Shown here: positions 1 to 9,009 of the stretch, in pieces
Layout of the letters: the number at the start of each line of letters is the position of its first letter
How positions within the stretch are numbered: the stretch's first letter is position 1
IMG/VR virus record: IMGVR_UViG_3300033067_000468
Location: 1 to 26,499 of that record
Origin: a virus
Lineage: Duplodnaviria > Caudoviricetes
DNA length: 26,499 nt
Reading direction: 5' to 3' (one strand)
Notes under the pieces: generated by a model
What the model was told of the DNA's origin: nothing
Database searches by the model: none
Seen by the model: only the letters and a program-made list of their open reading frames with translations
Position numbers and translations under genes: made by a program

Positions 1-1368
1 GGCGGCGGCTGGGTGGCTGGTTCTACTGGTACGGACTGGAGCCAGCAAGCAAGCCCACAATACAGCGTTACCGATGCAGTGGGGAACGGGACTACGACAA
101 TAACCAGCGCAACAGCAGCGTTCGGCACTGATGTTGTGGGTAATGTTTGCTACTTTAATGGCGCTTGGTACCAAATAGTTTCGCGAACCAATTCCACGAC
201 GATCGTATTGGATAGAAGCACTGGAACAGGAACAGGTCTAACGCTAAAGATAGGCGGCGCGTTAAAAACCATTGGTGCGGCGCAGGCGGTTCTTGTTTAC
301 TCAAATAAGGTATACGTCAAAGCTGAATCAGGCGGGTCAATATCTGGAAGCATATCGCTTGGTACTTCTGGCACTCCTCAGCACACTACGCCATACACAC
401 GCATCATCGGATACACGACAACGCGTAACGATGGCGGTCTAGCGACTATCACCTCGTCTGTTGCTGGAAATGCAATCGCTATCACTGGGAACGGCTATTC
501 TCTAGAAAACATCCACATCAATTGCAATAGCACAGCATCATCAACAGGCATAAACTGCGGCGGATACTACACAAGAATCGTTGGCTGCAAGGTATCAAAC
601 TTTGCGGTGAGAGGTATTCTTGTTTCTGGTTCTACGCAGCAGTTTATCTATCGCGCCGAAGTTAAAGGAGGCTTGTCTGGGGCCACTGCTGCGGTTGAGC
701 TTAACCTGCCATCGGGAATTGAGGGAAGCTGGATTCATGACAATGTTTGCCCTGGGATCAAGATTACGCGGGAAAACTGCTTTATTGACAACTGCCTCAT
801 CACCAACAACACCGGCGCGTCAAGCGATGGCATCTACAACAGCCAGTATTCGCTTGTAGTAACTGGTTGCACGATCTACGGAAATGGTCGTGATGGATAC
901 CGTGGCGACGTTTCCTATACAGGGGTAACGGCGTACATCAAGCGAAACATTTTTTCCAACAACGGCGGTTATGGTTGCAAGCTTCACACTAGCGCCGGTT
1001 ATCCTGCCGATTTTTGCTGGGACGGAAACGGGTACTACAACAACACGTCTGGCAATCGTGGAAATATGGACGATACCAGCGTCAATGCTGTCAATGGAAC
1101 GTCGTCATATACCAACACGCTTGACGTTATCGTCACGGCTGGAACGCCTTTCACCAACGCAGCAGGCAACGACTTCACCTTGAACAACACGGCGTCGCAA
1201 GGCGCATTGCTGCGAAGCACTGCCAACGGTGCGCCTTATGGCGTTTCGCAAATTTCATATGGCGACTTTGGAACATTTCGCCACCAAGACGCGGCTGGCG
1301 GTGGCGGAACTGCCGGCTCTCGGCTTGTCGGTCCATCGGCACTCGTTACACCAGGAGGGTTACTCTAA
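1..1368 (+). CDS. Right-handed parallel beta-helix (pectin lyase-like) virion protein, 5'-truncated; possible spike/depolymerase
   Basis: Frame is open from base 1 (GGGWVAGSTGTD...). Repeated beta-helix-type strands with Asn/Cys ladders (SLENIHIN, RIVGCKVSN, IEGSWIHDNVCPGI, FIDNCLITNN, VVTGCTIYGNGRDG, IKRNIFSNNGGYG) and a PFTNAAGNDFTL cap. Stop overlaps the next ATG (TAATG). Confidence 0.75.
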   Translation, partial: GGGWVAGSTGTDWSQQASPQYSVTDAVGNGTTTITSATAAFGTDVVGNVCYFNGAWYQIVSRTNSTTIVLDRSTGTGTGLTLKIGGALKTIGAAQAVLVYSNKVYVKAESGGSISGSISLGTSGTPQHTTPYTRIIGYTTTRNDGGLATITSSVAGNAIAITGNGYSLENIHINCNSTASSTGINCGGYYTRIVGCKVSNFAVRGILVSGSTQQFIYRAEVKGGLSGATAAVELNLPSGIEGSWIHDNVCPGIKITRENCFIDNCLITNNTGASSDGIYNSQYSLVVTGCTIYGNGRDGYRGDVSYTGVTAYIKRNIFSNNGGYGCKLHTSAGYPADFCWDGNGYYNNTSGNRGNMDDTSVNAVNGTSSYTNTLDVIVTAGTPFTNAAGNDFTLNNTASQGALLRSTANGAPYGVSQISYGDFGTFRHQDAAGGGGTAGSRLVGPSALVTPGGLL

Positions 1369-3161
1369 TGCTAGGCGACTTCACTCCAGGCAAAACGATT
1401 GTTTTTGACTTCAACACGCATAAGGCAGATGGCACGCCTATTACACTTGCTGGCACTCCTGCAATTAGCGTTTACAAAAACAGTACGACGGAAAGCACGG
1501 CAGGCGTTACGCTCACCGTTGACTATGACTCACGGACTGGCATGCACCACGTTGTCATTGATACATCGCTAGATGGCACGTTCTACGCAGCTGGCAACGA
1601 CTTCCGCGCAGTCATCACTGCTGGCACGGTCGATTCTATTTCTGTGGTGGGTACGGTTGTTGGCGCGTTTAGTCTTTCTAATCGCTCTGCGCTCAGGCCA
1701 GCAACGGCAGACCGGACGCTAGTCGTAGATGCAGCGGGGTTGGCCGACGCAACGATGGTTAAGATGGGGCCAAGTGGATCAGCGACATCGCAAACCGCAA
1801 GGGATGCAGGCGCGCAACTCGACGCGGCAGTATCTACGCGTATGGCAACCTACACGCAGCCAACTGGCTTCCTTGCTGCGACGTTCCCGACAACGGTGGC
1901 AAGTACAACCAACATCACGGCGGGCACGATAACCACGGTTACAAACCTGACCAATGCGCCAACAAATGGCGATTTTACGGCCACGATGAAGGCCAGCATC
2001 ACAACGGCGGCGACTGCTGCAACGCCTAGTGTGACGGTTAGCGACAAGACCGGCTTTAAGCTCGCGTCAGATGGGCTGGCTGCTGTCACAACATGGACGG
2101 TCGGGATTACTGGCAACATCACGGGCAATCTAAGCGGCTCCGTTGGCTCTGTCGCAACGGGCGGAATCACGTCAACATCATTTGCAACCGATGCGATTTC
2201 AGCGGCCTCGGTATCGGCAGCAGCGGTTACGAAGATCCAAAGCGGGCTTTCAACCTACGCCGGAGGTGATACGGCAGGTACGACAACGCTACTGAGTCGC
2301 ATCACGGCAACGCGGGCGGGCTACATCGACAATCTAAGCGGCGGCGCGGTGATGCTGGCAAGCAGTTACACGGCACCACCTTCGGCTGCGGCAATCGCTA
2401 CACAGGTTTGGACCGACCTTGTAAGCGGTAGCGACTTCTCCACGGTCGGAAGTGCTGGCAAGCTACTCAAGGACAACATTGACGCGACGGTAAGCAGTCG
2501 GCTCGCGTCGGGGAGCTATTCCGCTCCACCGTCGGCGGCAACGATTAGCACGCAGGTTCAAACGGACCTGGGGACGGGTTCGGCACTAACGGCGCTGGCA
2601 CCTGCTGCTACGGCCCTTAGCACGGTTGTTTGGACACCAACGATGGCCGGCTATCTGGATGCTGCTGTGAGTTCGCGGCTGGCTTCTGGGAGTTATACGG
2701 CACCGCTCGACGCTTCTGGCATTCGCTCTGCTGTTGGGCTTGCAACGGCAAATCTGGATACGCAACTGGATGCTTTGCCAACGAACGCAGAACTTGCAAC
2801 GGCCTTAGCCTCCTCCGACGATGCTACCCTGGCAGCCATTGCGGCACTGAATAACCTGTCTAGCGCTGAAGCACAAGCGGCGGCTGCGGCTGCTCTTGTG
2901 GCCTACGGCGTTGCGACGGTTTCCAGTGTTCCCACCGCGGATGAGAATGCAACGGCACTGCTCGATCTTGCCAATGGGGTAGAAACGTCACTCACGCCAC
3001 GTCAAGCACTGCGGCTGATGGTAGCTGCCATGGCTGGTAAAGTCAGTGGCGCTGGAACATTCGTCGTCAAGATCCGCAACATTGGCGACACGAAGGACCG
3101 CATCACAGCCACCGTGGATGCTGACGGTAATCGCACAGCTCTCACAATGGACCTAACCTAA
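1368..3161 (+). CDS. Ala/Thr-rich repetitive virion-associated protein (fibre/decoration-like), 597 aa
   Basis: GGAGG upstream, TAATG coupling at both ends. Beta-rich N-terminal ~105 aa, internal DAxVSSR repeats, compact C-terminal domain (ETSLTPRQALRL...RITATVDADGNRT). Function is inferred. Confidence 0.7.
   Translation: MLGDFTPGKTIVFDFNTHKADGTPITLAGTPAISVYKNSTTESTAGVTLTVDYDSRTGMHHVVIDTSLDGTFYAAGNDFRAVITAGTVDSISVVGTVVGAFSLSNRSALRPATADRTLVVDAAGLADATMVKMGPSGSATSQTARDAGAQLDAAVSTRMATYTQPTGFLAATFPTTVASTTNITAGTITTVTNLTNAPTNGDFTATMKASITTAATAATPSVTVSDKTGFKLASDGLAAVTTWTVGITGNITGNLSGSVGSVATGGITSTSFATDAISAASVSAAAVTKIQSGLSTYAGGDTAGTTTLLSRITATRAGYIDNLSGGAVMLASSYTAPPSAAAIATQVWTDLVSGSDFSTVGSAGKLLKDNIDATVSSRLASGSYSAPPSAATISTQVQTDLGTGSALTALAPAATALSTVVWTPTMAGYLDAAVSSRLASGSYTAPLDASGIRSAVGLATANLDTQLDALPTNAELATALASSDDATLAAIAALNNLSSAEAQAAAAAALVAYGVATVSSVPTADENATALLDLANGVETSLTPRQALRLMVAAMAGKVSGAGTFVVKIRNIGDTKDRITATVDADGNRTALTMDLT
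1818..2706 (+). repeat. Degenerate peptide repeats within the 597-aa protein
   Basis: LDAAVSTRMATYTQP, MLASSYTAPPSAAAIATQVWTDL, IDATVSSRLASGSYSAPPSAATISTQVQTDL, LDAAVSSRLASGSYTAP; conserved in protein, diverged at synonymous sites. Confidence 0.8.
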
Positions 3162-3379
3162 TGTGGGCACTACGGTACTTCTCTCCCAGGTACTGGGCTG
3201 ATCGGTATTGGAACGAGGGTGGCAGCGTTGCGCCTCCCGTTTTTGTTCCGCGCCCTGGAACTTACCGGCCGGGATTGGTGTTCACGCCTGACTCGCGGTC
3301 TGCAAGCGTTGCATCGCAAGATATCCGCTCGCAACAAGTGCAAAGCGGCGATAGTCGTCTCGACCTCGACAATCAGTAG
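3161..3379 (+). CDS. Small hypothetical protein with N-terminal RY[FW] repeats, 72 aa
   Basis: TAATG coupling to the upstream gene; RYFSP-RYWAD-RYW periodicity; ends 3 nt before the convergent gene's stop. Confidence 0.7.
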   Translation: MWALRYFSPRYWADRYWNEGGSVAPPVFVPRPGTYRPGLVFTPDSRSASVASQDIRSQQVQSGDSRLDLDNQ

Positions 3380-3382
3380 CTA

Positions 3383-6300
3383 CTACTGGGCGGCTGCTTT
3401 TTTCGCCTTCGCGCGAGAACTTGCACGCTTGGCAAGATCGTTCAGCATGGCTGTCATTGACTCCACCTTGGCTCGCCTTTTTGGATCCATTTGGTCAAGC
3501 TGCTCCTTGCTCACAAACGTCTTCACATACCGGCGTGCTTCGGGGTAGTCACGAAGTACCGTCTCAATCTTGTCGCGCAGCACAGCATCTTGCGCACCAG
3601 GGCTAATGTCGCTCACGCGCGCGCCCGTGAGAAGATTCACGCCTTTCGTTGCGAGGCTTTTTCGGGGATCGGTCACCTGACGTGCCGTGGAAAGAATGCG
3701 GCTTACTGGAGAATTTGACAAGACAACTTCTGCCAACTGGTCACCAGGATAGCGAACCGCCTTCTCTCGTCCGGTTAGATTGGCCATCAACCGCCCCAGT
3801 GTCGGGTCGGCATCGGCTAGTGATCGCCCGCCCCCAGGTTCCTTCTGGAAGAACGTCTGCCCGGTCGAATACTCCATCGGAGCTTTCACCACAGGATTCA
3901 GGCGCGAGAGCGCTTCCAGGCCAGCACCGCGAAGCCCACCTCCCAGGAAGGAAAGCGGGTCTTCGTGCGCGAGCCCAAACCCGGTAATGTACCGCTTGCT
4001 GCCATCGCTGTTTTCACCAAGGGGAATCGCAAGCGTGTCATTGACGTAATCGGGCGTGGTTGGGTCGTCCCCCTTCAGCTTGTTGGTAAGGCGGATTGTC
4101 TGAGCCAGTTTCCCCCCTGGCTTCTCTGCTAGATCGGTAAGAACCTGCTTGGCCGTCCCCTTGGTAAACGAGTAGAACGGAAACATGCGGCGCATCCACG
4201 TTTTTTCAAACGGAGTAAGAGCGGCATAATCCACGTTGTACTTCTTCACAAGGTTGGCGGCTGCTTCAGGAGAGTAACCTTGCGACAGGTAGCCAAGCAG
4301 TGTCCCTATCCGGTTGGTTCCTTCGATGTGCTGACCCACCTTGCCACCAGCCTTGACGGCGGTGTTCGTGGTCTTGTTGACTCCTACGCCTTCAATGTTA
4401 AGCGGGCTGGCGTCCGCAAGACTCTTGGGAATGCCTTCTTTCACGATATTCTTAATGCTCTTGCCAGCGTTTTCCAGGGTGCTGAAATCCAGACCATCCG
4501 GGCGAATGCCTGGCACGCTACTGGCAAACCCTTGCAAGGCATCGGCAGTGTCTTCAATTCCCATCCCTTGGCCGTTGCCAATTACACCTTGCTCGTAGAT
4601 CATTTTTCGCAGTCCCTCACTGGCTGCGTGATCGTCGGTATATCCCTGCATCTTGGCCCAAGGGAGGCTTGCTGCCCCCTTCATGTCTTCACCTCGCATT
4701 AAAGATTCTGCGTCAAAACGAGGCTTGAGGTAGCCCATTCCCTTGCCGGCCGACGCGTCGTAGGCATCGCCCATGAAAGCCTGCGTTGCACCGCCTAGTG
4801 CATTGCGAGTGTGGAAGCTCGGGAATAGTGACGTTAGGTGTGCCTTCGTTGCACGCGTCAGGCGGTCAATGCCATCCAAGATAACATTTGCTTCCTGGGG
4901 GGCATCGAACTTTCCGAGTACGCGAGTGATCGCATCGGCGTGTTCCTTGGGAACAAACATGGTCTTCATGTCATCTGACGCACTTGGCACGCCAAGTCGA
5001 TTCAGGATGTCACCTGCTTTTTGCCCCGAGGATTTGAGGCGGTTTAGGAACGCTTGGGCATACTGCGCATTATTAGCACCAGACATCCCGAGGTGGTTAA
5101 GCAGAATCTTCTGATTCATCCCTTCCAGGAGCGGCCGTCCTGCCAGTGCCTTAGAAGCCATTGCCTTATCAACACCGGGCCGAGTCAGCAGGGAATCCAG
5201 GGACACTCCATCAACGCCAGTCTTTCCATGCTGCAACCCATCCTCCAGGAGGCTGAAGATATGCTCCAGATTGCTGTTGGCCCGACCGGAGTGACGAAGC
5301 TGGCTGGCAATGTCATCAATCGGGTTCACGCTAAACAGTGGCGTCTTGGTGTCGGCATAGGCTGGGTTTAGCTCGCCAAAGTATTTGGAAAGCTGTGCCG
5401 CACGTTCTGCGGGATCAATACCAGATGCTGCGGGGGGAAGTGCATTGGGATAGTTCTTCGTGATGTAGTCTGCACCTGCATCAATGATCGACTGGTCAAG
5501 TGGCCCTGGTCCTGTCATTGCACGCTTGGCACCGCTAATCACTGGGTCAACGCTCATCCGTTGCAGGTCGCCAGTACCGCCCGTGAATCCAGTCAGCAGT
5601 TGGTCACGCTGCGTGTTGTGCGGGTTGTTCGTTGGGATCGCCATTTCGCGACCAAAGAACTTGTCCCAGAATCCCTTCTTAGGATCGTCAACAAAGTTCT
5701 TCTGACGCGAGAGGTAGTTGAGAATCCCTTCCTGCTGGTCGGCAAGCTCGGCCGCCTTGGTCCCAACACCTGCACCATCAACCAGCGACTGCTGTTGCAT
5801 CCGTTGTAGTTCGTTTAAGTGTTCGGCAATCGACTTGCCAGAATCGCCGATAGGTGTACGCAGCGCTTCGGGTGGCATGTGCGGGCCCATGCTGGCATTT
5901 TCCACCCAGTTACGCATGTCGTTGCTATTTTTCAGAACAACATCACGCGCGGTCATTCCAGGTGGCAGGTTGGTTTGCGCTGCCTCGTCGAGAATCCCGG
6001 AATCATGAACGGCTCGCTGAGCGTCGTAGACCTTTCCAGCGGCTTTCGCGGCATTTCGTGCTGCGCTGCGCGTCGCCCGCGCGCCGATGATCTTGTCGAG
6101 TTTAGTGAGCCCACCGTTGACGGAATTGTTAAACAGAGGTTCCAGGTGGCTGATTGGCGAGTAGGGGCTGAATCGCGCATGGTCCCAGGCTGTATCCAGC
6201 ACGTCTGCCGTCTTCTGCACCCAGTCCCCATGTGTTTTTGGAAGGACCATTGTTTTCTTCATGAACGGGAGGCCGTATTCCATCAGCCCTCCCAGCGGTT

Positions 6301-6862
6301 CGTCCATGACATCGGCAAGTGCTTTTCCAGTTCCCGACAAAGCCGTTTCCAGGCCCTTTGTCAGTTCGTCCGCATGTTCCGCTCCCTGCGATGCGGCATC
6401 TTCCAGCATGTGGCGCAAGGTCGTGTTCATCTTGGCAGACGCGCCAAGAGTTTTCGTCGCTTCAATTCCTTTCCCGGCGTTCTTGGTGGCAACGCGGGTG
6501 ATGTCATCCATCAATCCGCCTGCTTTTTCAAACGCTTTCCCTGCTGTGGTCGAGGCTTTGGAAACACCAGGGAGACCCGTGTAGGTAAACGGGTCGGTGG
6601 CAATGTCTACCAAAAAACCAGCACCCCAGTTGCCCCATGTGTCCTTGGGTTTTGCGAGTCCCCAGCGGCGCAAAAGATCACGCCCTTCCGTTCGGTTCTG
6701 ACCGCCAAAGGGAGTCAGCAGCTGATCGAAAGGATTGCGAAGCGCTAACACGTCTCTTATCATGGAACCCGGCAGGCCTAGTAAATTGCCTGCTGCTGCC
6801 AACCCACCCACACCCACGTTGCCAGCGGTCTTCGCGGCATCCATCAAGAGGCTATCGGCCAT
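3383..6862 (-). CDS. Large internal virion / DNA-ejection-like protein, 1159 aa
   Basis: Long helical Gly/Ala-rich ORF with AAAGGA RBS. Motifs I associate with large phage internal proteins: GFLVDIATDPFTY, LFPSFHTRNALGG, VKKYNVDYAALTPFEKTWMRRMFPFYSF. Last gene of the late operon, followed by a tandem TAG TAG. Confidence 0.7.
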   Translation of the reverse strand: MADSLLMDAAKTAGNVGVGGLAAAGNLLGLPGSMIRDVLALRNPFDQLLTPFGGQNRTEGRDLLRRWGLAKPKDTWGNWGAGFLVDIATDPFTYTGLPGVSKASTTAGKAFEKAGGLMDDITRVATKNAGKGIEATKTLGASAKMNTTLRHMLEDAASQGAEHADELTKGLETALSGTGKALADVMDEPLGGLMEYGLPFMKKTMVLPKTHGDWVQKTADVLDTAWDHARFSPYSPISHLEPLFNNSVNGGLTKLDKIIGARATRSAARNAAKAAGKVYDAQRAVHDSGILDEAAQTNLPPGMTARDVVLKNSNDMRNWVENASMGPHMPPEALRTPIGDSGKSIAEHLNELQRMQQQSLVDGAGVGTKAAELADQQEGILNYLSRQKNFVDDPKKGFWDKFFGREMAIPTNNPHNTQRDQLLTGFTGGTGDLQRMSVDPVISGAKRAMTGPGPLDQSIIDAGADYITKNYPNALPPAASGIDPAERAAQLSKYFGELNPAYADTKTPLFSVNPIDDIASQLRHSGRANSNLEHIFSLLEDGLQHGKTGVDGVSLDSLLTRPGVDKAMASKALAGRPLLEGMNQKILLNHLGMSGANNAQYAQAFLNRLKSSGQKAGDILNRLGVPSASDDMKTMFVPKEHADAITRVLGKFDAPQEANVILDGIDRLTRATKAHLTSLFPSFHTRNALGGATQAFMGDAYDASAGKGMGYLKPRFDAESLMRGEDMKGAASLPWAKMQGYTDDHAASEGLRKMIYEQGVIGNGQGMGIEDTADALQGFASSVPGIRPDGLDFSTLENAGKSIKNIVKEGIPKSLADASPLNIEGVGVNKTTNTAVKAGGKVGQHIEGTNRIGTLLGYLSQGYSPEAAANLVKKYNVDYAALTPFEKTWMRRMFPFYSFTKGTAKQVLTDLAEKPGGKLAQTIRLTNKLKGDDPTTPDYVNDTLAIPLGENSDGSKRYITGFGLAHEDPLSFLGGGLRGAGLEALSRLNPVVKAPMEYSTGQTFFQKEPGGGRSLADADPTLGRLMANLTGREKAVRYPGDQLAEVVLSNSPVSRILSTARQVTDPRKSLATKGVNLLTGARVSDISPGAQDAVLRDKIETVLRDYPEARRYVKTFVSKEQLDQMDPKRRAKVESMTAMLNDLAKRASSRAKAKKAAAQ

Positions 6863-7178
6863 GTTAAAGAATCCTTTTTCAGACGGTCCAGTTGTCGTAA
6901 ACCCGTATCAGTCACCAGAGCAGCCAACACAAAAGCAGGTCGTGTTTCCACCATCACGCCCGAGGGTGAATAGCTTTTGCTACTGGGTAGGGGCTTGGAT
7001 GATTACGGGGGTAGGGAGTTTAATGGTTTTTATCCTGCTGATGCTGTTTAACGCTGCTGGAAACAGGCAGCCAGAGTATCGCCCTGGAGACTACGTTCCA
7101 TTTACACTGCTCCTGACAGGAATACTTGCGTCGATAGTCCTGTCAGGTTTCTTTCTCATCAAACGGTCAATTACCTAG
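6861..7178 (+). CDS. Small two-TM membrane protein with NPF/NPYQSP N-terminal motifs (moron-like), 105 aa
   Basis: Start reassigned from 6735 to ATG 6861 (GAGG 9 nt upstream; removes the long overlap). MLKNPFSDGPVVVNPYQSP, then two hydrophobic stretches (FCYWVGAWMITGVGSLMVFILLMLF; YVPFTLLLTGILASIVLSGFFLI). Fills the gap between two minus-strand genes exactly. Confidence 0.75.
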   Translation: MLKNPFSDGPVVVNPYQSPEQPTQKQVVFPPSRPRVNSFCYWVGAWMITGVGSLMVFILLMLFNAAGNRQPEYRPGDYVPFTLLLTGILASIVLSGFFLIKRSIT

Positions 7179-8902
7179 TAACCGCCGTAGTAGTGTCCGC
7201 GATTTTGGTTGTATCGAGGATCAACTACAGCACTGGCGTTGCCCTGAATTACGTCCCACATCCACTGCCCAAACGTCCGACTGTTCTCGCCTGTCATGCC
7301 ATCAATGCGTCCCACGTTTCCAGGGGCATGGATGTTTACGTCACGACCAAGGTAGCCAAGCAGGCCGTTACCCTTTTCGTTGGTGTACTTGTTCATCTCC
7401 TTCGGGTCGATTCCATAAGCGCGTTCAAAGTCGCGCATCGCTTGGTAATCTCCTGCCTCATAGAAGGCATCCAATTGCGCCTTCTGTTCAGCGTTTAGCT
7501 TTCCGCCAAGGTACATATTGTTGCGTGCGTCGATGCCTTGCAAAGCAGCATCCAGTGGCGATGGTGCTTGTGGCGCTCCCTGAGTTTGCATTGGAGCGGT
7601 CGCAGCAGCCAATGGCCCTGCGGTTGGACGGCCAATGGAGGATGCGTTCTGAGCGGCTTGCGCTCCAGCAGCAGCCAACGGACCAGTTCCCTGCAATGGG
7701 CGGCTTGCAGGAGGCGTCAGCGCAGCAGCAGTAATCGGGCTGACGTTTGGCATCGCAGCCTGCGGAGCCGTGGCTTGTGCCAGTGGTCCCATTTGCCCTT
7801 GACCACCATTCATGCCTTGGATGATTGCCCATGCCTGCGTTGCTGGAAGCCCTTTCTCGATCAGACTATTGACGAAGCCCTGCATCATTTCCGATTGCGC
7901 TGCACGCTGGGCAGCACTGGCATTCACGTTTGCCACGGCAAGGTTGTTGGCGTGATTCAGTCGTGCCATGTCCATTTCGTGTGCCTGTATGTCATTCTGA
8001 ATGGCCATCGGCTGCTGCATCTGCTGCTGCATCACGTTCTGCTGCGTGACAGGATCACCCATGATGCCAATTGGAGACTTGCCCATCCGCATACGTCGGT
8101 CGTTTCCGTTGGCTACCCCGCGAGCGCGAACCAAGGCGTCTCGGGAATCGAGCAATGCTTGTCGCTTATCAGATACTTGCGCCGTCTGATTTAGCTGCGG
8201 AAGTCCCGCCGAGGCCCGCGCAGCATTGACAACAGGAAGTGGCTGGCCACGCAGACCACCCCCAGGCATGTTGACCACCGGCCCGCCTTGCTCCAAGGGG
8301 CGAAGCTGTGTGCGGTCGTAGATGTTCCTTGCGGTCTGCTCGGGATCAGGATATTGCCGTGGCTGGTTGGTCCAATGCCGAGGATCGTCTTCTGGCTTGG
8401 AATCGTTCACGCGGAAGTGGAGCCCATCAGCAGTTTCGCGAGCCAGCATCCGCTGGCCAAGGACACTACGCTCCATGCGGTCTTGTGCCTCTGGCGACAT
8501 CTCCGTACCAGCAACTCGGCCGTATCCTGCGCCACCAGTTGTATTCGGCATGTATCCAGTCTTTCGCTGAAACGCTTGTGCCCCCTCGTTGGTCATCAGT
8601 CCACCAGGGGCAGTAGTCAATGCCGAGCGATACTGATTCGATGGAAGGCCTGCATTGCGAGCCTGAATCTCTGCGCCAACACGCCCACGGTTCGCATCCG
8701 CGTAAGCGTGCCAATCACTCATCACCTCGTCCGGCGAACGCATCGGCGGGCGCATCGGGCCTTGAAGAGGCGAAGGCTGGCCAATGGCTGGCGTGCTGAT
8801 GTAGCTCGAAAGCCCACCCATGCCGGGCGACCGTGGGCGAAATGCGGATTGTTGTGCATACCACTGCCCGCCTAGCTGAAAGTTGTTGTTTCCAATGGCC
8901 AT
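7175..8902 (-). CDS. Gln/Met/Gly/Pro-rich low-complexity protein, probable internal virion/ejection protein, 575 aa
   Basis: Long ORF; QQNVMQQQMQQPM tract, three GPLAxA repeats, no Cys; directly upstream of the 1159-aa gene. Confidence 0.6.
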   Translation of the reverse strand: MAIGNNNFQLGGQWYAQQSAFRPRSPGMGGLSSYISTPAIGQPSPLQGPMRPPMRSPDEVMSDWHAYADANRGRVGAEIQARNAGLPSNQYRSALTTAPGGLMTNEGAQAFQRKTGYMPNTTGGAGYGRVAGTEMSPEAQDRMERSVLGQRMLARETADGLHFRVNDSKPEDDPRHWTNQPRQYPDPEQTARNIYDRTQLRPLEQGGPVVNMPGGGLRGQPLPVVNAARASAGLPQLNQTAQVSDKRQALLDSRDALVRARGVANGNDRRMRMGKSPIGIMGDPVTQQNVMQQQMQQPMAIQNDIQAHEMDMARLNHANNLAVANVNASAAQRAAQSEMMQGFVNSLIEKGLPATQAWAIIQGMNGGQGQMGPLAQATAPQAAMPNVSPITAAALTPPASRPLQGTGPLAAAGAQAAQNASSIGRPTAGPLAAATAPMQTQGAPQAPSPLDAALQGIDARNNMYLGGKLNAEQKAQLDAFYEAGDYQAMRDFERAYGIDPKEMNKYTNEKGNGLLGYLGRDVNIHAPGNVGRIDGMTGENSRTFGQWMWDVIQGNASAVVDPRYNQNRGHYYGGY

Positions 8903-8951
8903 ATCTTTTCTGCCTATTTATTGAGGTAAACGTCTTGACATTTGAAATACT

Positions 8952-8980
8952 ATCTTACCCGATCTGCCGTCATCTATCCA
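8952..8980 (-). promoter_or_regulatory. Possible sigma70-type promoter for the ejection-like genes
   Basis: TGGATA-N17-TAAGAT on the minus strand in the AT-rich 8903-9009 spacer, about 50 nt upstream of ATG 8902. Only a partial consensus match. Confidence 0.3.
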
Positions 8981-9009
8981 TTTTTATTCAGGCGGGTTGG
9001 CATAACTTC

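Noticed and set aside
3374-3388. CAGTAG-cta-CTACTG hairpin as a bidirectional terminator
   Set aside because: Short, weak stem with no U-tract on either strand; largely explained by opposed TAG stop codons.
5819-6748. 309-aa plus-strand ORF and many similar antisense ORFs (e.g. 7538-8194, 9409-10017, 23284-23907, 25718-26395)
   Set aside because: They lie wholly opposite well-supported genes and have no recognisable motifs; typical shadow ORFs of GC-biased coding DNA.
6735-6860. Extended N-terminus of the membrane protein in the ORF track
   Set aside because: Overlaps the 1159-aa gene antisense; ATG 6861 has an RBS and places the NPY motif at the N-terminus.
8935-8963. Perfect TTGACA on the plus strand
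   Set aside because: No -10 element at 16-18 nt spacing and no credible plus-strand gene downstream.
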